From the IMG/VR virus record IMGVR_UViG_3300035670_000053: DNA of 64,000 nt; one strand, 5' to 3'. The notes under the pieces were generated by a model. The model was given only the letters and a program-made list of their open reading frames with translations. It was not told where the DNA came from and made no database searches. Shown piece after piece: positions 29,503 through 38,390 of the stretch. Each line of letters starts with the position of its first letter. The first letter of the stretch is position 1. Both the position numbers and the translations under genes were made by a program. The stretch is from a virus.

Positions 29503-30269
29503 CTATCCTTTTCAATAATTATTGCGTCTTTTTCATTACGTATAATGTATTTGTCACCAATTTTTTGAATATCATAATTTCCTAAAAATTTATTTAAAAA
29601 TAATACTTTACTTTGACCACTTTCTGTTATGTCGAATGGTCCAGGTGTTGTATCAAATACTTTATCAGACTTACCTATAGCAATAAATTTAGCGGTTAAA
29701 TCATGAAAATATGGTTTTTTAAATATTAAAGTATTATTTTCTGACAAAATAACATCAACTATTCCTTTGTTAAAGAATTTTTTGATATCATTACTTTTTG
29801 ATTCAAACATAAATTTTTTATAAGAATCCACATTTAATGGAACATATTTTTTTAAATTATCTTCATTTAAGTCATAATATTCTTTTGATTTTTGATATGA
29901 AAATTTCCAGTTTGAATTGTTTGTTAATTTTTTCAAACCATAGAATAATTCATTTAAATTATTTGGTAAATTTTTATTTCTTTCCAACTCTACAAATACA
30001 TGATAATTTCCATCAAATTCTTCACCTGCACTCATATCAGAATCAAGAATAAAATCATAACTTTTTTCAAAAAACTCCATCAAATCTATAGCTGGCTGTT
30101 TTTCTTTTAGTTTAAATCCTAAAACGACGATATCTTCGTCTTCACCCATTTTGCTTTTAAATCGATCAATGGAAAATTTTGTATTAATAAAATGTTCCAT
30201 GTCCTTACTTCTAAGGCTTTCAAATATTTGCTGGTGGGGCTGCTGGTGCTGGAGTTTGTGGGATTTCAT
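29496..30269 (-). CDS. Hypothetical protein
   Basis: 257 aa ORF; start uncertain because of a 50 nt overlap with the upstream gene. Confidence 0.65.
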   Translation of the reverse strand: MKSHKLQHQQPHQQIFESLRSKDMEHFINTKFSIDRFKSKMGEDEDIVVLGFKLKEKQPAIDLMEFFEKSYDFILDSDMSAGEEFDGNYHVFVELERNKNLPNNLNELFYGLKKLTNNSNWKFSYQKSKEYYDLNEDNLKKYVPLNVDSYKKFMFESKSNDIKKFFNKGIVDVILSENNTLIFKKPYFHDLTAKFIAIGKSDKVFDTTPGPFDITESGQSKVLFLNKFLGNYDIQKIGDKYIIRNEKDAIIIEKDRW

Positions 30270-30771
30270 TTGCTTCCGGTCCTTGTTGCATCGTTTCGGC
30301 TGTGGTTTCTATACTATTATATTTTAAGAATTCTGACATCCTTGCTTTCTCTTTGTTTTCTTTTCCAATTGAAATATCATGAATTAATTTTTTCGGCATT
30401 TCAATTGTTACCAACCATATTGGATGTGCTTCTATTTTTCCTTTTTTTGTACCTGGTCTAAAATCATCTGGATCTTTTATTTTTCTAGGAATTAAAATAT
30501 TATTTTTTTCATATGATACTTTACATCCATACATTCTGAGTATTTTCAATCCGTGAGAATCTGGTGATTTTTTTGTCGGCCACATAAAAGTACAAGAAAT
30601 CATGTATCTAGATACTTTTGGACCTTCTACCAATTCACCATCAATCCAGTTATCAAATGCATATAAATTTAATTCATCTAATACTTTCTCAAAATCTAAA
30701 AGTATTTTTAGTGAATTATTGTTTTCATTTATGTATTGAACATTTTTAATTATATCTATAATGTCTTTCAT
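30220..30771 (-). CDS. Hypothetical protein
   Basis: 183 aa; ATAAATA at 30791-30797. Confidence 0.7.
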   Translation of the reverse strand: MKDIIDIIKNVQYINENNNSLKILLDFEKVLDELNLYAFDNWIDGELVEGPKVSRYMISCTFMWPTKKSPDSHGLKILRMYGCKVSYEKNNILIPRKIKDPDDFRPGTKKGKIEAHPIWLVTIEMPKKLIHDISIGKENKEKARMSEFLKYNSIETTAETMQQGPEANEIPQTPAPAAPPANI

Positions 30772-30895
30772 GGTGGTCTCTTTTATTAAATATTTATCCT
30801 AAAAAGTATTCTTGCGATTTTTCTACTGTTTTGATATACTTTTTATTGTTTATGTTTAAATAAAAATGTAGGTCGATTCAATTAGGAGGTTACAA

Positions 30896-31654
30896 TTGCC
30901 TAGAGCCAAAAGAAAAGACAGGGAATTTTTCTTAGAAAAAGACCCAAGATTCATAAAAAAAGAGCCAAAAGATAATTTAATACAAATTAAATCTTACGTA
31001 AAAAGAAATCAAGAAGTTTTAATAATTCCGAGGAGTATAAATCAAGAAACTTATATTGAGTTACTTAAAAATCAAAAATTATACATAGTTTTTGCAATAG
31101 GGCCAGCAGGAACCGGAAAAACTATGTTGGCGGTACAAATGGCTATAAAACAGCTTAAAGAAGGTTCAATTAAAAAAATAATTGTAACACGCCCAGCTGT
31201 CAGTGTTGATGAGGAACATGGATTTTTGCCGGGGACATTAAATCAAAAAATGGAGCCGTGGACTCGCCCAATTTTTGATGTATTTGAGGAATACTATCAC
31301 CCTAGAGAAATTCAAGCAATGATCGAAGATGGGATCATTGAAATTGCACCATTAGCAATGATGCGAGGTAGAACATTCAAAAATGCATTTATAATAGCAG
31401 ATGAATGTCAAAATACGTCTACTAGTCAAATGAAAATGTTACTAACTAGAATTGGGGAAAATTCTAGAATGGTTGTAACAGGGGATCTAAACCAAGCTGA
31501 TAGACCAAAAGAAAATGGTCTATTAGAATTTTGTAATTTATATGCGAAAGCTACAAATTATAAAATGATTGGAATGGTAAAATTTGACGTAAAAGACGTT
31601 GAAAGACATCCCGTAGTCAAAGAAATTCTAAAAATTTATAAAGAAGACGTCTAA
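30896..31654 (+). CDS. phoH: PhoH family ATPase
   Basis: GPAGTGKT, GFLPG, RGRTF, DECQN, GDLNQAD. Confidence 0.95.
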   Translation: MPRAKRKDREFFLEKDPRFIKKEPKDNLIQIKSYVKRNQEVLIIPRSINQETYIELLKNQKLYIVFAIGPAGTGKTMLAVQMAIKQLKEGSIKKIIVTRPAVSVDEEHGFLPGTLNQKMEPWTRPIFDVFEEYYHPREIQAMIEDGIIEIAPLAMMRGRTFKNAFIIADECQNTSTSQMKMLLTRIGENSRMVVTGDLNQADRPKENGLLEFCNLYAKATNYKMIGMVKFDVKDVERHPVVKEILKIYKEDV

Positions 31655-31660
31655 AAAGTA

Positions 31661-31692
31661 AAAAGCGGCCATTGACCTGCTGTGCCGCTTTT
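31661..31692. terminator. Bidirectional intrinsic terminator
   Basis: AAAAGCGGC...GCCGCTTTT between the convergent phoH and clamp loader genes. Confidence 0.7.
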
Positions 31693-32612
31693 TACAGTCT
31701 AGATAATTTAATCAAAGTTGCTGATAAATTCAGTTCTGAATCAGCGCAGATTGCATGATCTACTAATCCATCTTTTATGATTAAAATGGCAGAATCTTTT
31801 TTCTCTTCGGTATCACCAAATAGATCTATATTTCTATACATCCATTTGTAAATATCTTCCATTTCTTCTGGTTTAGCATTTTGACATAATAGTTTTCTGG
31901 CATCTTTTATTAATCCGTTTTTAAAAAGTTCTACCATTTTAATTTTATAGTCATCTGCAAATTTGTCACTGCTGTTTGGTAGATATAATACATTATCTAT
32001 AACATTTTGTTGTACAAAGTTGATACATTTTCTTAGATCTGGGTAAGTTGCTTTTACATATGTATCTAACACATCCAAATTAAATTCTGTATGTTCTTCA
32101 ACTAGAATAGTGGCAACCCTAGCAGTAAATTCCGTCTGGTCAGTTTTTTCGATATGAAACCCTTGACATCTACTATGAATAGCAGGGATTATCTTGTTAG
32201 AATAATTACATGTTAGAATAAATCTACTGTAATTACTATAATTTTCCATAACTCCACGTAAAATTGCTTGTGCATTTGGAGTTAAAAAATCAGCTTCATC
32301 TAGTAATACTACTTTAAATGGACCAAATGGAATACTTTCAACAAAATTTACAATTTTATCTCTTATAGTATCTACACTATTTTCTCTACTTGCATTCAGT
32401 TCTAAAAAATCAAAATTGTCTATTTCTAATTCATTGACTAGAATTTTTGCCAGAGTTGTTTTACCTACTCCCGGTGAACCACTGAACAAAAGGTGTGGAA
32501 TATATTTTTCTTTAACCCATGCTTCAATCTGTTGTTGTTGCGCAGAATCACGAAAAACATATTCTGAAAGTTTTGTTGGGCGATATTTTTCACACCAAAG
32601 TTTTTTTATCAT
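31692..32612 (-). CDS. Clamp loader ATPase subunit (gp44/RFC small-like)
   Basis: WCEKYRP, GSPGVGKT, LNAS, LDEAD, SRC. Confidence 0.92.
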   Translation of the reverse strand: MIKKLWCEKYRPTKLSEYVFRDSAQQQQIEAWVKEKYIPHLLFSGSPGVGKTTLAKILVNELEIDNFDFLELNASRENSVDTIRDKIVNFVESIPFGPFKVVLLDEADFLTPNAQAILRGVMENYSNYSRFILTCNYSNKIIPAIHSRCQGFHIEKTDQTEFTARVATILVEEHTEFNLDVLDTYVKATYPDLRKCINFVQQNVIDNVLYLPNSSDKFADDYKIKMVELFKNGLIKDARKLLCQNAKPEEMEDIYKWMYRNIDLFGDTEEKKDSAILIIKDGLVDHAICADSELNLSATLIKLSRL

Positions 32613-32616
32613 ATAA

Positions 32617-32892
32617 TTATTTTAAAAATTCCATAGTGATAATTTTTCCAATTGTCTCACCTAAATCTGATTCGGAATTTACAATATGTAGACAGGATAT
32701 TTCTTCATGTTTTTTAGTATCATATCTTAATGATTCAACTATAATACCACCTTTTGCTATATAAATATTGAACCCTAAATTTCTTTGTGATGAACGGGCT
32801 AATGAAAGGTCAGCAGGCTCTGGACCGATCTCATTAAATGATTTATCTAACTTTTTATACAGTTTGTATAATATACTTTTAATTAAACTCAT
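32617..32892 (-). CDS. Hypothetical protein
   Basis: 91 aa ORF tiling with neighbours. Confidence 0.6.
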   Translation of the reverse strand: MSLIKSILYKLYKKLDKSFNEIGPEPADLSLARSSQRNLGFNIYIAKGGIIVESLRYDTKKHEEISCLHIVNSESDLGETIGKIITMEFLK

Positions 32893-32894
32893 TT

Positions 32895-33233
32895 TTAATT
32901 TTCTGATCTATAGATATCAGATGGTTTACTGTCAGCGGTCATCATTATTGCATTATTATCTATCATTCGCAATTCTATAACTGAGCCGTTTGAATCCTCA
33001 TATTCTATAGTTCTAGTCCATCTACCATGTTCAACTAAAACCCATTCACCGATTTTCACATCTTGTTGATCTGGACCAATTGCCCATACTTTACCCCATC
33101 TAGGGTGGATTCCTTGATTTTTTCCATTATCGCTCGGGATATATAATCCAGAAGATGTTCTTTCGATTCCGAAATCCATATCTGAAACTAAAACTTTATC
33201 TTTTAATGGCAAAATTGTTCCTTTAACTTTCAT
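32895..33233 (-). CDS. groES: GroES-like co-chaperonin
   Basis: ILPLKDKVLV, mobile loop TSSGLYIP, AIGP, VKIGEWVL. Confidence 0.8.
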   Translation of the reverse strand: MKVKGTILPLKDKVLVSDMDFGIERTSSGLYIPSDNGKNQGIHPRWGKVWAIGPDQQDVKIGEWVLVEHGRWTRTIEYEDSNGSVIELRMIDNNAIMMTADSKPSDIYRSEN

Positions 33234-33245
33234 AATAACTCCGTT

Positions 33246-33446
33246 TTATTTTTTTGGTGAAGCCTTTGGATTTGTTTCGTAATAATCATTCATGATTTCA
33301 TCACGCTTTTTTACGATTTTCCCACCAGGGCCTAATTCATCGCCTCTAGCATTTACCCGCATATTTCCAATAGCTGGCATTAATTCATTCTTTTTCATTA
33401 ATTTTTCTAAATCAATTTCTTTACCTTGCATAGTTCTATATTTCAT
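33246..33446 (-). CDS. Small hypothetical protein
   Basis: 66 aa; YRTMQGKEID...GNMRVNARGDELGPGG. Confidence 0.65.
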   Translation of the reverse strand: MKYRTMQGKEIDLEKLMKKNELMPAIGNMRVNARGDELGPGGKIVKKRDEIMNDYYETNPKASPKK

Positions 33447-33456
33447 AATTGTTCCT

Positions 33457-33975
33457 TTAATTTAAGAATTCGGATATGTCAAGCCTGTGTTTTACAGAAT
33501 CTATTTTATGTATTTCCAATAAAAATAATACATAACTTGATACACTACTGCCTCTACCAATTCCCCATGGAATTTTGTGAGTTTTCATCATATCCACTAA
33601 GTATTTAAGAAATTTTAATAAGTCTATTAAATTATATTGTTCATATAACTTTAATTCTTTGGACAGACGATTTATATTTTCTTTTGGACAAATATTATAT
33701 AAATGTTCTATAATATCAAAATCTTTATAATCCGGTGGAATAAACCAATTTTTTTGGTTAAGTTTATCAAACTCTTCTTGAGATATAGATGATTCAACAA
33801 AAAAATTTAAATCGTCAAACTCGTTGTAATTGTCTTTATTACTTTTATTAAATAACTCACTTATGAATTTGTCATCAACATATACGTCTGATAATGAATC
33901 TAAAGTTTTGGTATATATAGCTTCAAAAATTTCTTTTTCAGTTAACGATACTTGACCATATGAGTTTATCTTCAT
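33457..33975 (-). CDS. Stand-alone DNA polymerase III alpha (DnaE)-like fragment
   Basis: RL..EL..Y...NL...L..L..LV......IPWGIGRGSSVSS.V.FLL.IHKID matches the DnaE GxGRGS region. Confidence 0.7.
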   Translation of the reverse strand: MKINSYGQVSLTEKEIFEAIYTKTLDSLSDVYVDDKFISELFNKSNKDNYNEFDDLNFFVESSISQEEFDKLNQKNWFIPPDYKDFDIIEHLYNICPKENINRLSKELKLYEQYNLIDLLKFLKYLVDMMKTHKIPWGIGRGSSVSSYVLFLLEIHKIDSVKHRLDISEFLN

Positions 33976-34007
33976 TCAAACATGATACCACATGTTGGTA
34001 TATCTTG

Positions 34008-34238
34008 TCAATCAATGTTAATCAAACCATCTAGATTTTTGTCTTTATTTTTTTCTAAATCTTCCATACGTTTACGATATCTAGTTTTTAGCTCATCATT
34101 TAACATATTTAATATAGAAGATATTTGTAAACACAATTGTCCTTGCCCACATTTTGCGGCTATATGATATTTTTTAGTTAAATCTTGAATTTTTAATTCA
34201 ATATCATCATCTTTAAGTTTATGCAAATTGTCAATTAA
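34008..34238 (-). CDS. Small hypothetical coiled-coil protein
   Basis: Probable start MFNPLIDNL, just downstream of the previous stop codon. Confidence 0.55.
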   Translation of the reverse strand, partial: LIDNLHKLKDDDIELKIQDLTKKYHIAAKCGQGQLCLQISSILNMLNDELKTRYRKRMEDLEKNKDKNLDGLINID

Positions 34239-34249
34239 TGGATTAAACA

Positions 34250-34804
34250 TTATATTTGCTTTAAATAAAGATTGTCTGAATCTCCATCGGACCATAATTG
34301 AAATAATGCAGGGTTTGGCCCAGTGATGGTAACGGGTAGAGATGCGCCATAATTGTATAAATTTACTGCTGAAAATGTTACAGTTGTTGCAAATGTACTA
34401 GCAGTTGAAATTGCTAACATCATTGTGCCTGAACGATTTGTTGGGGGTAAATTTATAACACTAAAAGAATGTGTACCACTACTAATTTTATATTTCTGAA
34501 AACCACCATTAGAATAATCTAATTCAACATCACCAGTTTGGATAGTTTCGGTTTCATCATAAACAATATCAGAGCAATCTTTAAAAGAAGCACGTTCTAT
34601 TATATTATCGCCAAAATTATTAGTTTCAGATAATTTAACCGCATTTATTTTTAAATATTCTACATCTTCATCTGTATATATTAATGCTTGTCTTATATTT
34701 TTGAAATTATCTCTAAATCCTTGTGTGTCATTATCTCTTCCTGATACTGGAAAATTTTGATTTATTTTGTTAATAAAAACACTTGCTGTATTTAATGTTG
34801 ACAC
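34250..34804 (-). CDS. Virion structural protein (tail-associated)
   Basis: I.QNFPVSG.DNDTQGFRDNF N-terminus; beta-rich C-terminus; structural context. Confidence 0.55.
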   Translation of the reverse strand: MSTLNTASVFINKINQNFPVSGRDNDTQGFRDNFKNIRQALIYTDEDVEYLKINAVKLSETNNFGDNIIERASFKDCSDIVYDETETIQTGDVELDYSNGGFQKYKISSGTHSFSVINLPPTNRSGTMMLAISTASTFATTVTFSAVNLYNYGASLPVTITGPNPALFQLWSDGDSDNLYLKQI

Positions 34805-34807
34805 TTT

Positions 34808-37800
34808 TTACTCCGATTTATTTTTTAAATTTTCAACTTCATTTATTAATGTTTTTAATGCTTCTATTAATAAAGGTATTATTTGCTCATAATTAACTGC
34901 TAAGTAACCATCAGTTCTTGTAATAACTGCTTCTGGCAACACATTAACTATTTCTTGGGCAATTACACCTGCTTGCCTAGTTCTTGTATCTTTATTTACA
35001 GCATACTGATTCCAATTATATAAAATTCCGGAAATTTGTTTTATTTTTTCTTTTGCATTTGAAATTGTTTCTATATTGGTTTTTAATCTCTTATCTGATG
35101 AATAATATGCAACTATGTCTCCACCTGCTCGAATCTCACCTGATGCATATAGGTCTGATCCATTGAATTGTAAATTTGAAGAACTTGTTACAGTTCCACC
35201 GCTATTATATAATACTTGTCCAGATGAACCAGCGGTTCCTGGTATTCCTGGTGCGCCGTTTGGTCCTTGTGCACCTGATGGTCCTTGGAATCCTTGTGCT
35301 CCTTGGAATCCCTGTGCTCCTTGGGAACCTGGGGAACCTGGTGAACCAGAACCAGTGAACCCTTGTGCTCCTTGGATACCTTCTGCGCCGGTTGCTCCTT
35401 GAAACCCTTGATGTCCCTGTCGTCCTTGGAATCCTTGATGTCCTTGGCTTCCTTGCAATCCTTCTGGACCTTGTAATCCTTGTGGTCCTCTAAATCCTTG
35501 ATGACCCTGTGCCCCTTGGAATCCTTGATTTCCTTGGAATCCTTGATGTCCCTGGAATCCTTGTGCCCCACGATCACCCTGAAATCCTTGATGACCTTGA
35601 TTTCCTTGGAATCCTTGATGACCTTGATTTCCCTGAAATCCACGTGGGCCTTGTGCTCCTTGAAGTCCCTCTGCGCCCTGACTTCCTTGAAAACCTGCTG
35701 GACCTTGTGCCCCTGATCCCGATGGGCCTTGACTACCTTCGGCTCCTTGGAATCCTTGTGCTCCTTGACTTCCTTGGAACCCTTCTGCACCCTGAACACC
35801 TTGAACGCCTACCCCACTATCACCTTGAGTTCCTTGGAATCCTTGTGCTCCTTGACTTCCTTGAAATCCTGGTAATCCACGTGAACCCTGTGCACCTTGT
35901 AATCCTGGTGGACCATCTCCTCCTAATATACCTTGTTGTCCTTGAATTCCAGTTGATCCTTGAAAACCCTGATGTCCTTGATTTCCTTGGAAACCTTGGT
36001 GTCCCTGGAATCCCTGTGCGCCTTGTGGGCCTTCGCCACCAGCACCTTGTGTTCCTTGGAATCCTTGTGCTCCTTGGAAACCCTGATTTCCTTGGAATCC
36101 TTGATGTCCTTGGAATCCCTGTGCACCTTGGAATCCTCCTTCGCTCGGTGCACCTTGTGTTCCTTGGAATCCCTGTGCACCTTGGAATCCCTGATGTCCT
36201 TGATTTCCTTGAAAACCTTGTGATCCTTGTACGCCATTAAAACCTTGAGCACCTTGTAACCCGGGTGCACCTCTAAGTCCTTGTGCTCCTTGGAAACCTT
36301 GATGACCTTGGAAACCTTGATGACCCTGAGTTCCTTGAAAACCTTGGTGACCTTGGAATCCTTGGTGACCTTGAAAACCTTGTGCGCCTTGTGGCCCATC
36401 GCCCCCAGCACCCTGAGTTCCTTGAAATCCTTGTGCTCCTTGAATTCCATCATGTCCTTGGAAGCCTTGGTGTCCTTGGAAGCCTTGGTTTCCTTGAAAT
36501 CCTTGCGCCCCTTGGAAACCTTGATGTCCTTGAAAACCTTGATGTCCTTGAAAACCTTGATGTCCTTGGAATCCTTGTGTCCCTTGGAAACCTTGATGTC
36601 CTTGGAATCCTTGCGCTCCCTGTCCTCCAGCGCCCTGTGTTCCTTGGAATCCTTGTGCTCCTTGGATTCCATCATGACCTTGGAATCCTTGTGCTCCTTG
36701 GAATCCCTGTGCTCCTTGGAATCCTTGTGCTCCTTGAATACCATCATGTCCTTGTGTTCCTTGGAAACCCTGATGACCTTGATGTCCTTGGAATCCTTGT
36801 GCTCCTTGAACTCCATCTACTCCTTGTGCGCCTTGTGGTCCTTCGCCTCCAGCACCTTGTGTTCCTTGGAATCCTTGGTGGCCTTGATTTCCTTGGAATC
36901 CTTGCGCCCCTTGAATGCCTTCTATTCCTTGTGCTCCTTGGAATCCCTGATGTCCTTGGAATCCTTGCGCTCCTTGAATACCTTCTACACCTTGTGTTCC
37001 CTGAAATCCCTGATGACCTTGATTTCCTTGGAATCCTTGTGCGCCTTGAATACCAGTAAATCCTAATTCTCCCTGTGATCCTTGATTTCCTTGGAATCCT
37101 TGATGTCCCTGAAAACCTTCTAAACCTTGTGCGCCCTGTGGTCCTTGTCCCCCAGCCCCTTGTGTACCTTGGAATCCTTGTGCCCCTTGAATTCCTGCTA
37201 AACCTTGATCCCCTTGAATGCCAGTTGCACCTCGAAATCCTTGCGCCCCTTGAAAACCTTGCGCACCTTGAATTCCATCTGATCCAGGTCCACCACCTAT
37301 ACCCTGTGTTCCTTGAAATCCTTGTGCTCCTTGGAAGCCTTGCGCTCCTTGTATTCCTGTTTCGGCAGGTAAACCTTGTGCTCCTTCAAGTCCTTGATGC
37401 CCCTGTGTTCCTTGGAATCCTTGCGCACCTTGTGTTCCGGAACCACCACCTACGACGTATAGCTCTCCATTTTTATAGATGTCTCCACCTATATGGATAT
37501 CTTTGCCTATACCAACCCCACCTGTTACAATTAATCCTCCAGTAGTAGTACTTATTGCATTGGTTGAAGTTGTTACTTTTAATATGGGTGTTAATAATGT
37601 TTTTGAATCGCTTTGAAATATTAAAGAAGAATCTGAGACTGGGGTTACATAATCATTGATTCCAATAGCCATTGTTGGATAATATTCTGAAATATTATCC
37701 GAAGAAGTTATAAATGATTTGTCTGATTTATCTGCTCTTCCAACAAAAATCGTAGAAGTTGACACCCATGTAGCAGTATTACCTTCTGATTTTAATATAT

Positions 37801-38344
37801 AATTTTGTGGACCTATATTAATGAATGCAGTTACATCAGTATCTACTTGTATTGGAATGGAGCCTTGCGAACCACCTTGAATATTTGGAAATACTGTAGC
37901 CGTTGGACCTTGTGATCCTTGTACCCCAGCTACACCTTGAGAACCTTGAACACCTTGTGCTCCTTGTACGCCTTGTGTTCCTTGTACACCCGATGTTCCC
38001 TGAACACCTTGTGCTCCTTGTACGCCTTGTGTTCCCTGAACACCTTGTGCCCCTTGAACACCCTGTGAACCCGGTCCTCCACTTGATCCAGTTTCTCCTT
38101 GAACTCCTTGATGGCCTTGAACTCCTTGATGACCTTGAACCCCTTGTGCTCCTTGGACTCCCTGACTTCCTTGGATACCTTGTGGACCAGCAGGACCAAC
38201 TGTATCTAACAATAATCTGGCGCGTGAAACCGTTAGTTTTTGTTCAACTCCAGAATCTGCAACAATAAAAAGGGTTTCTCCTTCAGTTGGATTGGTTAAA
38301 CCTGGATCTTGTAGAACTTGCGATAATGGGGCTCTTGTTGTCAT
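34808..38344 (-). CDS. Collagen-like tail fibre with C-terminal peptidase S74 intramolecular chaperone
   Basis: Long Gly-X-Gln tracts; C-terminal SDKRLK.NI...AGVIAQE...LPEAV...V.YE..IPLLIEA.K. Confidence 0.88.
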   Translation of the reverse strand: MTTRAPLSQVLQDPGLTNPTEGETLFIVADSGVEQKLTVSRARLLLDTVGPAGPQGIQGSQGVQGAQGVQGHQGVQGHQGVQGETGSSGGPGSQGVQGAQGVQGTQGVQGAQGVQGTSGVQGTQGVQGAQGVQGSQGVAGVQGSQGPTATVFPNIQGGSQGSIPIQVDTDVTAFINIGPQNYILKSEGNTATWVSTSTIFVGRADKSDKSFITSSDNISEYYPTMAIGINDYVTPVSDSSLIFQSDSKTLLTPILKVTTSTNAISTTTGGLIVTGGVGIGKDIHIGGDIYKNGELYVVGGGSGTQGAQGFQGTQGHQGLEGAQGLPAETGIQGAQGFQGAQGFQGTQGIGGGPGSDGIQGAQGFQGAQGFRGATGIQGDQGLAGIQGAQGFQGTQGAGGQGPQGAQGLEGFQGHQGFQGNQGSQGELGFTGIQGAQGFQGNQGHQGFQGTQGVEGIQGAQGFQGHQGFQGAQGIEGIQGAQGFQGNQGHQGFQGTQGAGGEGPQGAQGVDGVQGAQGFQGHQGHQGFQGTQGHDGIQGAQGFQGAQGFQGAQGFQGHDGIQGAQGFQGTQGAGGQGAQGFQGHQGFQGTQGFQGHQGFQGHQGFQGHQGFQGAQGFQGNQGFQGHQGFQGHDGIQGAQGFQGTQGAGGDGPQGAQGFQGHQGFQGHQGFQGTQGHQGFQGHQGFQGAQGLRGAPGLQGAQGFNGVQGSQGFQGNQGHQGFQGAQGFQGTQGAPSEGGFQGAQGFQGHQGFQGNQGFQGAQGFQGTQGAGGEGPQGAQGFQGHQGFQGNQGHQGFQGSTGIQGQQGILGGDGPPGLQGAQGSRGLPGFQGSQGAQGFQGTQGDSGVGVQGVQGAEGFQGSQGAQGFQGAEGSQGPSGSGAQGPAGFQGSQGAEGLQGAQGPRGFQGNQGHQGFQGNQGHQGFQGDRGAQGFQGHQGFQGNQGFQGAQGHQGFRGPQGLQGPEGLQGSQGHQGFQGRQGHQGFQGATGAEGIQGAQGFTGSGSPGSPGSQGAQGFQGAQGFQGPSGAQGPNGAPGIPGTAGSSGQVLYNSGGTVTSSSNLQFNGSDLYASGEIRAGGDIVAYYSSDKRLKTNIETISNAKEKIKQISGILYNWNQYAVNKDTRTRQAGVIAQEIVNVLPEAVITRTDGYLAVNYEQIIPLLIEALKTLINEVENLKNKSE
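35270..37460 (-). repeat. Degenerate 9/18 bp coding tandem repeat (GFQGxQ); second block at about 37905-38195
   Basis: Recurrent ccttg(g/a)aa(t/a)cc(t/c)tg units on the + strand. Confidence 0.9.
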
Positions 38345-38390
38345 AAAATTAAATATCCATAAATTTACATGTATTTATTTGATTTGGTAT

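Noticed and set aside
35115-38268. Many long alternative-frame and antisense ORFs over the collagen gene
   Set aside because: They are by-products of the 9/18 bp stop-poor repeat and encode low-complexity shadows.
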